A model generated the notes under the pieces. It was not told where the DNA came from, did no database searches, and worked only from the letters and a program-made list of their open reading frames with translations. From a virus, in the UHGV virus genome UHGV-0388215: DNA of 42,019 nt; one strand, given 5' to 3'. The position numbers were made by a program, and so were the translations under genes. How positions within the stretch are numbered: the stretch's first letter is position 1; every line of letters starts with the position of its first letter. This document shows, one piece after another, positions 8,791-16,964 of the stretch.

Positions 8791-9218
8791 TGCGCTTCCT
8801 CCTGTGTGTACACGGCTACCTCCCAATGCGGGACGGCGGCGTAGCGTTTTGAACAGCGTAGGGCCACCACCTGCTTATCATCCCCCCAGAACCCCGCGCG
8901 CGTCATGGCGTCTTTGAGCTGCTTCGCCATGTTGTCGAGGTCCGGCTTCTTCGTATGGGCGATTTCGCCGCGTAACATGGCCTCTCGTTGTTTTTTCGGG
9001 GTCGACGCAGGTATCGGCATCCCCGCGATAAATTCGAGCGCGAGAGGGCCTTCCAGCGGCTTTTTTGGGGTGCACGCAGAAAGGAGATCGTCAAGCACGG
9101 CTTCCGCGCTCTTCTGCCCGGCGGACTTGTAGGCCACGCTGTGCCCACAACGGACGGTGTGCCGGACTCGGGCCTGTGCCGTGGGCGTGCAGTTCAGGAC
9201 AAAGCGGTAGGCTGTCAC
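8787..9218 (-). CDS. rusA: RusA-family Holliday junction resolvase
   Basis: AYRFVLNCTPT...KPDLDNMAKQLKDAMTRAGFWGDDKQVVAL matches RusA catalytic region; GTG start at 9216-9218 overlaps stop of upstream ORF (GTGA). Confidence 0.8.
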   Translation of the reverse strand: MTAYRFVLNCTPTAQARVRHTVRCGHSVAYKSAGQKSAEAVLDDLLSACTPKKPLEGPLALEFIAGMPIPASTPKKQREAMLRGEIAHTKKPDLDNMAKQLKDAMTRAGFWGDDKQVVALRCSKRYAAVPHWEVAVYTQEEAQ

Positions 9219-9640
9219 TGCTCCACCCCCAACGCCCGGAGATTGGCAAGCTGTTCGTTCAAGGGCATATCCGGCCTTCCCTGCTTCCGGGCGTCCATCT
9301 TCCCCCGCAGGTTGGCGAGAATCTTCGCGCACCAGTCGGCGCCCTCTTCGCAACGCTCCTCGAACGTCAAAGCATTTTCCGGCAAGGCTTCGCGGTTCAC
9401 GGCTGGCGTCAGTTTCCGGGCCTCTTCCACCTGCCGCATCACGTCGGCAGGAACGGGGAAGAACCGCAGGACGGCCTGCGTCCGACGCATCCCCTCGCGG
9501 AACTCCGCATCGCTCACGTCAGCCAACACGTCGCCCCAAGTCCTGACCAGCAACTCGAATTCCGCCTGCGCGGGCCTCGGCTGCCGATAGAGCACAAACG
9601 CTTTGCTGAGTTCCAGAGCCAAAAGCTGCAAACTCGCCAT
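9215..9640 (-). CDS. hypothetical replication-module protein
   Basis: 141 aa between O-like initiator and rusA; 122-nt overlap with O-like ORF suggests a later start or frameshift. Confidence 0.35.
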   Translation of the reverse strand: MASLQLLALELSKAFVLYRQPRPAQAEFELLVRTWGDVLADVSDAEFREGMRRTQAVLRFFPVPADVMRQVEEARKLTPAVNREALPENALTFEERCEEGADWCAKILANLRGKMDARKQGRPDMPLNEQLANLRALGVEQ

Positions 9641-10490
9641 TTCTGTATACCTCGTCGAGTTTCAAAACCTGTTCCGCAAAATCGCCGCGTTCCGCCGCTT
9701 CCACCTGCCTCGCCGTCATAGGGGCGGCTCGCTGCTGGATAGGGCTCGACCTGCTGGCGTTGTTCTGCGCCCGGTCAAGCCATGAGTTCAGGAACCGCCG
9801 TACCCCAGTTTTTGTTTTCCGCTTCCGGGGATTGCTCAGGCACCACGCCCTGACTTGTGCAAGCTCACCAGCCACGTCTACGCCGGGATAAGCGGCAGCG
9901 TACTCGCTGGCTAAAGATGCGGGAACCGGAAACTCAGAACCGTCAGCGAGTGGGATCATGGCTACAGACTGTTCCTGCTCACCTTCCGGTTCCGGCGCCG
10001 AGGATGCGCCAGCATCGCTCTGCGCAAGATCTGTCTTTCTCTCTTCTTTCTTACTTTCTTTCTTTATATCTTTCTTGTTTGTGGCCCTCTGCTGGCCCTC
10101 TGCTGGCCCTCTGCTGGCCTCTTGTTGGACCTCCTGCTGGCCTTTCTGTTGGCCTTCCGCTGGCCTTTCATCTTGGTATCTATGCCAATTTAAAAAAGAA
10201 ACTACTGTACATCTGTTGGTCGATCTGCTGGACACAATTTCGAGTTTTTTGAGCAGTTCAAAAGCTGTTCTTACCTGCTTTTCACTCAACCCCAGATCAG
10301 AGGCTGCCTTAGCTCGTCCAAAGATGACTTCCCCCGGCTCAAGATCAAAGACCATGCCCGCAACGATTTGACGATGGTGACGGTATGTAGTCTTGAGCAA
10401 CAGGTAACCAAAGAGCTGCCACGCGGGGCCGTTTTGGAGCAGCCCGCTATCTAGGCATTTCCGCCAGAGCTTGACATATCCTTGTTCCAT
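9519..10490 (-). CDS. replication initiator (phage O-like / replisome organiser N-terminal HTH)
   Basis: N-terminus MEQGYVKLWRKCLDSGLLQNGPAWQLFGYLLLK typical of phage replication initiator N-domain; internal 11-bp iterons plus adjacent AT-rich tract, as in lambda O/ori. Confidence 0.65.
   Translation of the reverse strand: MEQGYVKLWRKCLDSGLLQNGPAWQLFGYLLLKTTYRHHRQIVAGMVFDLEPGEVIFGRAKAASDLGLSEKQVRTAFELLKKLEIVSSRSTNRCTVVSFLNWHRYQDERPAEGQQKGQQEVQQEASRGPAEGQQRATNKKDIKKESKKEERKTDLAQSDAGASSAPEPEGEQEQSVAMIPLADGSEFPVPASLASEYAAAYPGVDVAGELAQVRAWCLSNPRKRKTKTGVRRFLNSWLDRAQNNASRSSPIQQRAAPMTARQVEAAERGDFAEQVLKLDEVYRNGEFAAFGSGTQQSVCALSAAEARAGGIRVAGQDLGRRVG
10091..10180. repeat. 8 x 11-12 bp direct repeats TGGCCYYYCTGC (putative ori iterons) inside O-like gene
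   Basis: tggccctctgc x3 exact then 5 degenerate copies, period about 11 bp; flanked by polypyrimidine tract 10040-10090 and AT-rich tract 10187-10225. Confidence 0.6.
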
Positions 10491-10591
10491 AGGTATATTG
10501 TCTCCATTGTTTGGTGTTTTTGTTTGGCCTCCTGTTCCAGCAGGGGGCCTTTTCTTTTGGCAATATCAACGCGCTCGAAAAAGGCTCACGG

Positions 10592-10882
10592 CTACCACCA
10601 TATCCCGCTCTCCTTCCGGCTCGCGCGCTGGAATCTGCGGACCTGCTGGCGGCGTTTCCGGGCCATGCGCTTTTTACTGGTTTCAACGGCGCGGTAGGCC
10701 GTCACAACGACGCAAACGTCGCCCTGCCTTTCCGCTACGACTTTGAGCCGTCCATGAATCACGACATAGCGGTCGCCGTAGCGTTCCAAGCGTCCCGAAA
10801 AAAGGGCATCTGCGATAAGCTGAAGGGAGATGCCCCGCTCAAAACAACGGTCGAGCGCATGGGCGGAAAAGGTGAGGTTCAT
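10592..10882 (-). CDS. DUF4258-family toxin-like protein with basic C-terminal tail
   Basis: FSAHALDRCFERGISLQLIADAL...YVVIHGRLKVVAERQGDVCVVVTAY resembles DUF4258 (H..R..RGI core); ATGA overlap with upstream CII-like gene. Confidence 0.55.
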   Translation of the reverse strand: MNLTFSAHALDRCFERGISLQLIADALFSGRLERYGDRYVVIHGRLKVVAERQGDVCVVVTAYRAVETSKKRMARKRRQQVRRFQRASRKESGIWW

Positions 10883-11388
10883 TCGTCCCCCTTGACCGTC
10901 CGGCAGAAGGTTTCCCGGACTTCCTTGAACGCCCTGTCTTTGAGTTCGTCGAGCTGCGCGAGCGTGATCTTGCCTTGGCGGTAGAGCTTGCAGCCTTCAT
11001 GAAAGGCCACCAACGGCGGGTAGTCCTGCAACGCCTCGGCTTCGAGCGTCGGAGCGTCCGGCTCCTCATCGGCGGCGGACGCCAACGAGTACCCGAACCA
11101 GTTGGCAAGCTCCCGGAGCGGCCCATGCTCGCCGGTCGCTTCCATTACCCTGACCAGTTCCCACACCCGGAGCGTCGATTGCCCGTTGTTCGGGTTCAGG
11201 TCGGCGTAGACGGATGACTCTGATAACCCATGCTGCTCACGCATCCCTGCAAACATTGCCCGGATGCCGCCGGGATAGGTCCGGCAAAGCTGGTATGTCT
11301 TGGCTGCAACGGCCTGTAACAACTTATTCATTTTGCAATTCCTTCTTGTGGTCCGCTGTGTTGTAGTAGCGGTATGGAACTTGTTCAC
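10879..11388 (-). CDS. CII/YdaT-like regulatory protein
   Basis: Position after cro-like gene; probable true start MNKLLQAV (about 11331) with AAGGAA RBS; family assignment from memory of Rac ydaS-ydaT arrangement, low certainty. Confidence 0.45.
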   Translation of the reverse strand: MNKFHTATTTQRTTRRNCKMNKLLQAVAAKTYQLCRTYPGGIRAMFAGMREQHGLSESSVYADLNPNNGQSTLRVWELVRVMEATGEHGPLRELANWFGYSLASAADEEPDAPTLEAEALQDYPPLVAFHEGCKLYRQGKITLAQLDELKDRAFKEVRETFCRTVKGDE

Positions 11389-11581
11389 CTACTCATCACC
11401 CTGCGCGGCCCGGTGTGGCGCGTCCGCATCCTGTCCGGCGGGACCATCAGCTGGAAGTGCTACCGCGCCGAGGACTACCCCACGCCAGAAGCCGTGGCCC
11501 GGCGGTGCGCGGCGGGGCTAGTCACGGTCAAGCCAGAAAATAAACCCCATGAGGGCGAAGAAGGCCACCTTCACGGCGACA

Positions 11582-11827
11582 TCAGGCCAGTCCATGATTC
11601 ACCTCTTCGGGTTCGGTGGGAGTGCTGGGGGCGGCTGGAGGCCATAGGTCGGGCCTGAGCTCGGAACGGGGAATGCCCAAAATGCTCTCGTAAAGTAGCG
11701 CAGAGCGTACGCCAACATTCCTATCACCTTTATATTGTTTATAAATAGTTTGATATGGTGCACCAAGCCGTGCGGCTAGGGCACACGTTAGGCCGCGCCT
11801 TTCAAATGCTTCTTTCAGGTTATTCAT
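11582..11827 (-). CDS. Cro-like repressor (YdaS/HTH family)
   Basis: 81 aa divergent from CI-like gene; HTH LAARLGAPYQTIYKQYKG and ...ELRPDLWP tail typical of YdaS-type Cro. Confidence 0.65.
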   Translation of the reverse strand: MNNLKEAFERRGLTCALAARLGAPYQTIYKQYKGDRNVGVRSALLYESILGIPRSELRPDLWPPAAPSTPTEPEEVNHGLA

Positions 11828-11889
11828 AAAACTATTTTATACAATAGTAAACAATATTGCAATACTTTATACTTATGCAGATTTGACAA
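11828..11889. promoter_or_regulatory. divergent cI/cro promoter-operator region
   Basis: 62-bp AT-rich spacer with direct repeats TTTATAC (x2), palindromes CAATATTG and TTGCAA, TTGACA hexamer. Confidence 0.5.
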
Positions 11890-12666
11890 ATGTATAAAAA
11901 TCATGTTTTAAATAACACTATGAAATCTCTACTTGATTCTGCTCTGGCTGTGATTCAGGGCTACATTGAAAAAAATCACGATGGGAATGTGGCTTCAGCG
12001 GCTAGGTCGCTCGATGTTAGCGTTCCCACTCTTCACACTTGGCTGAAAGGCACTAGGATACCTAGTTTTAGTAAAATGGCTCCTTTATTAGAAAAAATAG
12101 GTGCATATATTGTCAGCCCTGATGAAAAAGACATATCTCGAGAAGTCTGTTTCGTTGATGCTAAGGTAGCCCCAGCCGGAGAAGACCTTCCCCCTCCCCC
12201 GGATGAAGATTATCTTGCTGTCCCTCTGGTCGAAGAGGTCGGGGCTGGACCCGGTATCATTCCACAAGGACAACTTATCTCATGGTTCCTTGTCTGGCGT
12301 CATCAACGAGCAATTCAACATAAACGCGACCTTATCGCCGTTATGCTCGGTAAGCACTCCACATCTATGGTTCCCACGCTCAAGCCACAAGACATTGTGC
12401 TTGTAGACCGACAAGATAAAGACGTGATGAACTTCAAAGGTAGGATCATGCTTGTCCTCGATCCTTTCGACGGTAGCGGGAAAATCAAGCGTGTAGCGGC
12501 AGAAAACCAGCCGAAAAAGCGCGACTATCGCATCACCTACTATTCGGATAACGCCGCCGAGAATCCCCCCGAGGTCTACAGCCTTATGGAAGACTTCGAT
12601 GGCGACTGGAACAAGTCCATCGTCGGGCGCGTCGTATGGGCGTGGAGTGACGTGAGCTGCAAATAG
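11890..12666 (+). CDS. CI-like prophage repressor (N-terminal HTH, C-terminal S24 LexA-type peptidase)
   Basis: 258 aa; C-terminal ...VLVDRQDKDVMNFKGRIMLVLDPFDGSGKIKRVAAE... S24 fold with Ser/Lys dyad context; divergent to cro. Confidence 0.8.
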   Translation: MYKNHVLNNTMKSLLDSALAVIQGYIEKNHDGNVASAARSLDVSVPTLHTWLKGTRIPSFSKMAPLLEKIGAYIVSPDEKDISREVCFVDAKVAPAGEDLPPPPDEDYLAVPLVEEVGAGPGIIPQGQLISWFLVWRHQRAIQHKRDLIAVMLGKHSTSMVPTLKPQDIVLVDRQDKDVMNFKGRIMLVLDPFDGSGKIKRVAAENQPKKRDYRITYYSDNAAENPPEVYSLMEDFDGDWNKSIVGRVVWAWSDVSCK

Positions 12667-12761
12667 CTCCCTATGAGTACATAGAAACCGCCCTCACCGT
12701 ATTTAGCCGTCCACATCGCTATAATAGGCAAGCCGTTAGCTAAGATATCTTCCATCATTCC

Positions 12762-12790
12762 TCCGGCCCCTCCCATGAGGGGCTTTTTTT
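12762..12790 (+). terminator. rho-independent terminator after repressor gene
   Basis: GCCCCTC-CCAT-GAGGGGC hairpin followed by TTTTTTT. Confidence 0.6.
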
Positions 12791-12881
12791 GTGGCCGCCA
12801 AGCGTGACCGCCGATGCCTTCATGGTGTCGGCGGTTATTGTTTTATCTCGTATTTATGCTTTTGTAAATTTACACTGGACA

Positions 12882-12910
12882 AAGCATTCTACATTTGTAT
12901 ATTATGACTT
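12882..12910 (+). promoter_or_regulatory. near-consensus sigma70 promoter (TGGACA-17-TATATT)
   Basis: ttacacTGGACAaagcattctacatttgTATATTatgac; drives leader and ORF 13213..13671. Confidence 0.5.
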
Positions 12911-13212
12911 CACGACGAACGGGAAAGGCGAGTGGCGCGGCAACGGCCCGCTGAAAGCTGGAACCGGACGGAGGAAGCCCCAACAAGTACGAGCACGGCA
13001 AGCGCAAGCCTTTGGGAGCGGGAAGCACGCGACGGCAGGAAATGGGGTGATGTGGAGACAGGCCGCGTAGGGACGGCGGGACGGAAAAACGGCTGAAAAG
13101 AAGGCCGAAGCGTAAAGCGCACCGAAGCGACGGGGGCCGAGCCGACCAACAGGGCCCACGGTTACGACACAAAGATCGGGCCGTGAAACGTGATGAATGA
13201 AAAATAGAGGAT
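12911..13212 (+). ncRNA. about 300-nt purine-rich, T-depleted leader / candidate structured RNA
   Basis: Only about 21 T in about 290 nt on plus strand; all three minus frames open (track ORFs 12870..13271, 12902..13261, 12910..13149 are artefacts of this); no convincing coding frame on plus. Confidence 0.3.
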
Positions 13213-13671
13213 ATGGATATGAGCACTTTTCTTTCTGAAATGGAAATTGCGCGCAAGGCATACAATGACACAGAACTTTTTACCTTTGAACCTTCCGATA
13301 CGTTTTATTGGCGCGATATTCTCAATAATGCAAAGGATAAAGGTTTCGTTAATGACGTTAAGGAATGGCAACGGTTGCCGGGGGAACAAAAGGAAGACGC
13401 ATTGATTGCTCTTTATGAAAAGCTGTTGACCGCATACGACGAGGAGATTCTTAGCATTGATACTGTCGTTGTTAAGGATGTTCTTTTAAGCACTGGCGGC
13501 CCTGCTTCCGGCATTGAATTCCGCCTGATTGATGGTGGCGATTCATACGAATTTCAGAGTGCCAGGTACTGGCATCAGGAATGGTTCACGCCTCGGCAAT
13601 ATTCGCCAATCCCAGACGATATAGGCGAAAAGATGTTTCAACATTTTGGGTTTGAATATAAACAAAGATAG
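13213..13671 (+). CDS. acidic hypothetical protein, immediate-early moron (candidate anti-restriction/anti-defence)
   Basis: 152 aa, D/E-rich, lower GC than surroundings, own promoter and terminator, located between repressor and early-left operon. Confidence 0.45.
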   Translation: MDMSTFLSEMEIARKAYNDTELFTFEPSDTFYWRDILNNAKDKGFVNDVKEWQRLPGEQKEDALIALYEKLLTAYDEEILSIDTVVVKDVLLSTGGPASGIEFRLIDGGDSYEFQSARYWHQEWFTPRQYSPIPDDIGEKMFQHFGFEYKQR

Positions 13672-13756
13672 CTACTTAAGGTTTCTGAGGTATCTGCAAA
13701 GACTTCGGTGTCATGCCCGGCATCTTAAACCGCCTAGCCCTGTAGAAGCCCCGATA

Positions 13757-13785
13757 AGTCGGGGCTTTTTCATCGGGATTGGGAC
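13757..13785 (+). terminator. rho-independent terminator
   Basis: GCCCCGA-TAAG-TCGGGGC hairpin followed by TTTTTC. Confidence 0.55.
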
Positions 13786-13818
13786 GCCAAACCAAACATC
13801 AAAAACGAGGGTATTTCT

Positions 13819-14169
13819 ATGTGTTACGGCACGAACTGCGGGCGTGAGGGGGCCTTTGGAACCTGCTATCACCCGGAAGACTGCATCATGCGCGCCATTG
13901 AGCGCGACGCGGAAGAAAACCTTGCCGCGCGGCTGGCACACGACACGGCCCTGAGCCGGGAACATTTCCCCTGCCCCAACTGCCTTGAACAGGGCGAACG
14001 CCACAGCCTCACCTATGAAAACGGCCTGTTTACCTGCCCGGAATGCGGCGGGGAATGCGACGCGGCGGAACTCATCGCGCTCTATGATGATATACGCGCC
14101 GGGCATGTTTCCGATGCCGAAGTCGTCGGCCTGTGGATTGAAAAGCTCGACGCAAGGAGGGTCGCATGA
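13819..14169 (+). CDS. Cys-rich (zinc-ribbon) hypothetical protein
   Basis: 116 aa; CPNC...CPEC pairs; first gene of early-left operon. Confidence 0.4.
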   Translation: MCYGTNCGREGAFGTCYHPEDCIMRAIERDAEENLAARLAHDTALSREHFPCPNCLEQGERHSLTYENGLFTCPECGGECDAAELIALYDDIRAGHVSDAEVVGLWIEKLDARRVA

Positions 14170-14372
14170 GCGCCGCCATCTTCTGCCCGCACTGCAAGCT
14201 CAAGTACGACAAGGCCGTGAGGCTCAGGAGGCACCGCGACTTCTGGATCTGCTCGTCCTGCGCGGAATACTACACCGCCGAGACGCTGGTCACGGCGTGC
14301 GAGAACGCCGCACGGTCGTTTCTGGCAAAGGCCAACTACCTCAAAATCATGGCACGGAGGGCAGCGGCATGA
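14166..14372 (+). CDS. zinc-ribbon hypothetical protein
   Basis: 68 aa; CPHC...CSSC; ATGA coupling both sides. Confidence 0.4.
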   Translation: MSAAIFCPHCKLKYDKAVRLRRHRDFWICSSCAEYYTAETLVTACENAARSFLAKANYLKIMARRAAA

Positions 14373-14527
14373 TTTCCAACGTCTACATGAAGCACGCCAA
14401 GGTATCTTTGGAACGGCCTAAAAAGGTTGACCGGGCTAGAGTTGCTGCGGTCATCATCTTTATGTCGGTCATGCTTGGGATCTGCATTCTTCCACAGATC
14501 TTGTACGGGATGGAGGCCATGCGATGA
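14369..14527 (+). CDS. small membrane protein (52 aa)
   Basis: ATG at 14369 overlapping previous stop; one TM helix (VAAVIIFMSVMLGICILPQIL); ATGA coupling to next gene. Confidence 0.3.
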   Translation: MISNVYMKHAKVSLERPKKVDRARVAAVIIFMSVMLGICILPQILYGMEAMR

Positions 14528-15297
14528 ATAAGGCTGACGCAGCATACTTCTCCAACAAAGCTCTTTCCAAAAGTGCCATCGACCTGTTGCTTGAATGTCC
14601 TGCTCTTTACAAAGCGTGGTTGGAGGGCGTGGACGACGAGCAGGAATCCAAGGCCCTTTCCTTCGGCAGTATGTTCCATCTTCTCTGCCTTCAACCTGAG
14701 CTGTTCGCCAACGAGTTCGCCGTCACCGACATCAATCTCTCCACGAAGGCAGGACGGGAGTGGAAAAAAGGCATCCCGGACACTGTGACCATCGTCAAGC
14801 AGGAGGACTACGAAAAGGCCCTGCTCATGTCCGAGGCAGTCCGGGAGCACCCACAGGCCAAGTGCCTTTTTAGGCACTACACTGCGGAACAGCCCATTTA
14901 CTGGATGCGCGACGGCATCGAATGCAAGGCCAAGCCGGACATCGTTTCTACCGTTTTCGGGCAACGCTTCTGTGCCGACCTCAAAACCACGGAGAGCGCG
15001 AACCCAGAGGCCATCCAGCGCACCATCGCGAAATACGGCTACCATCGGCAGGCCGCTTGGTATCTCGATGGGATGAAAGCCATAGGCCAACCCTGCGAGG
15101 CGTTCATCTTCATCTTTGTCGAAAAAACATTCCCGCACCTCGTCACCATGTGCCAGCTCGACGAGGATGCCCTGCAAAAGGGGCTATCCGAGTGTCTGTC
15201 CGCTGTCGAAAGCCTCAAGCGTTGCCTGAACTCGGGAACCTTTCCCTGCTACACCAGAGACATTTTAACCATCAGTCTGCCCAAGTGGGCGGCATAA
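14524..15297 (+). CDS. PD-(D/E)XK exonuclease, Cas4/RecB-like with Cys cluster
   Basis: D..CADLKTTE (D/ExK) and GYHRQAAWY (QhxxY) motifs; four Cys (N-terminal C plus C-terminal C..C....C) as in Cas4 Fe-S nucleases; upstream of recT. Confidence 0.7.
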   Translation: MNKADAAYFSNKALSKSAIDLLLECPALYKAWLEGVDDEQESKALSFGSMFHLLCLQPELFANEFAVTDINLSTKAGREWKKGIPDTVTIVKQEDYEKALLMSEAVREHPQAKCLFRHYTAEQPIYWMRDGIECKAKPDIVSTVFGQRFCADLKTTESANPEAIQRTIAKYGYHRQAAWYLDGMKAIGQPCEAFIFIFVEKTFPHLVTMCQLDEDALQKGLSECLSAVESLKRCLNSGTFPCYTRDILTISLPKWAA

Positions 15298-15307
15298 GGC
15301 CAATACC

Positions 15308-16237
15308 ATGTCACAGCTTGATCTCACCCGCCCCATGCCCCCGGCTCAGGAACAAAAAAAGAGTTTCGCCGAGCTGGTGCGCTCCAAGATTTCCACCGTT
15401 CTCGTAGGCAAGAAGGCCGATGATTTCGTAACTAGCCTGATCAGCCTTATGAATCAGGATGTTGCGCTCAGAGACTGTGAACCAATGAGTCTGATCGCCT
15501 CCGCATTGCAAGCCCAGAGTCTGAACCTTTCGCTCAACCGCCAACTTGGGCAGGCATGGGTAGTCTCCTACCGAGACAACAAAAACAACAGAAACATGGC
15601 GACGTTCCAACTTGGCTACAAGGGCTATGTCCAGCTTGCCATCCGTTCCGGAAACTACCGCAAACTAAACGTCATTGCCGTCAAGGAGGGAGAACTTAAG
15701 TTCTTTGACCCGCTGAATGAAGAGCTGGAAATCGACCTTATTCAGGATGACGCCCTCCGGGAAGAGACGCCAACCACCGGCTATTACGCCATGTTCGAGT
15801 ACCTGAACGGATTTCGGAAGTGCCTGTACTGGAGCAAGGAAAAGATGCAGGCGCACGCCCTGCGCTACTCGAAGGCCTACAAGAATGACCTGAACAAGGG
15901 ATGGAACAACTCGTTCTGGAGCAAGGACTTCGACGCTATGGCCTTCAAGACCATGATCCGTCAGCTCATCAGCAAGTGGGGCGTCATGTCCGTTGAAATG
16001 CAGCAGGCCATGGATGCTGACATGAAGAGCATCAAGGACATCGGCTCGTTTGGGGACGTGGTTGATACCGACATTGTGGACTCCGATAGATCTGACTCGG
16101 AAGTACCCGCGCAGCCGGAAGCGCAGCCCGCCCCCGCCGTCAATCTGATCACCTGTCCGAAAACCGAAACGCAGGTCAGCGACTGGACGTGCTCCGACTG
16201 CGAACAGCGCGCCGGATGCCCGGCGTGGGCCGAATAA
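15308..16237 (+). CDS. recT: RecT-family single-strand annealing recombinase
   Basis: 309 aa; QLGYKGYVQLAIRSGNY and surrounding region characteristic of RecT; paired with exonuclease. Confidence 0.8.
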   Translation: MSQLDLTRPMPPAQEQKKSFAELVRSKISTVLVGKKADDFVTSLISLMNQDVALRDCEPMSLIASALQAQSLNLSLNRQLGQAWVVSYRDNKNNRNMATFQLGYKGYVQLAIRSGNYRKLNVIAVKEGELKFFDPLNEELEIDLIQDDALREETPTTGYYAMFEYLNGFRKCLYWSKEKMQAHALRYSKAYKNDLNKGWNNSFWSKDFDAMAFKTMIRQLISKWGVMSVEMQQAMDADMKSIKDIGSFGDVVDTDIVDSDRSDSEVPAQPEAQPAPAVNLITCPKTETQVSDWTCSDCEQRAGCPAWAE

Positions 16238-16311
16238 CCCTAACCACCCCTTCCGGGGCATCACCATAAAAGCCTCGCCGGGGGCTTCATACCCGGCCCA
16301 AAGGAGAAGCC

Positions 16312-16779
16312 ATGAGCCAAGAAATAGCCATCATCGCTACCAACGCCCGTCCCATCGGCCCGAATATGACCTATGTGCGCGAGGAAACCATCACTGTCTC
16401 CGAACCGCTGACCGATGCCGAGCGGCTGGAATACGGACAGGAAATGGCCGACGCGCTGGCGAAAATCGAGGAATACGAGGCCGCACTTGATGCCGAACGC
16501 AAGCACTACAAGCGCCTCATCGAAACGCAGGAGAAGATCGCCCAAACCGCCTCAAAACACTACCGCGACGGCAAGGAAGAACGGGAGGTTCACTGTGATC
16601 TCCTGAAGGATTGGGACAAGTGCGAAATGGTCTGGGTTGAATCCACAGAACCTTACCGCGAAGTCCTGCGCCGCCCGATGACCGCCGAGGAACGGCAAGG
16701 ATCCTTTCTTGAAAAGCCCGTCTCCGTCTCGCCCGGTGATGACGACGTGATCGACGTGACCTCGGAGGAACAGCAATGA
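16312..16779 (+). CDS. hypothetical protein (position of lambda gam analogue; unverified)
   Basis: 155 aa acidic, coiled-coil segment; follows exo-recT pair. Confidence 0.35.
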   Translation: MSQEIAIIATNARPIGPNMTYVREETITVSEPLTDAERLEYGQEMADALAKIEEYEAALDAERKHYKRLIETQEKIAQTASKHYRDGKEEREVHCDLLKDWDKCEMVWVESTEPYREVLRRPMTAEERQGSFLEKPVSVSPGDDDVIDVTSEEQQ

Positions 16780-16964
16780 ACAATACCGACCCCCGCCGCG
16801 CCACCATCACTATTTCCGAAACACCAAAGGAAAATACCCTCGGTATAGACGTAGAGTTCTTCCCTGAACTGAACCTTCAGGACGATGCCTTCTCAGGTCT
16901 GGCGCATCTCGTTTGCACCGCGCTTGAAGCTATCAACAAGGAAACGGAACGCCATGTCGGATGA
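16776..16964 (+). CDS. hypothetical protein
   Basis: 62-aa ORF, translationally coupled. Confidence 0.3.
   Translation: MNNTDPRRATITISETPKENTLGIDVEFFPELNLQDDAFSGLAHLVCTALEAINKETERHVG

Noticed and set aside
10091-10180. Possible CRISPR array (short tandem repeats)
   Set aside because: Repeats are 11-12 bp, directly adjacent with no spacers, and lie inside a coding sequence; interpreted as ori iterons
12870-13271. Three overlapping minus-strand ORFs (12870..13271, 12902..13261, 12910..13149)
   Set aside because: Artefact of the T-depleted plus strand (no stop codons can form on the minus strand); no coding signal
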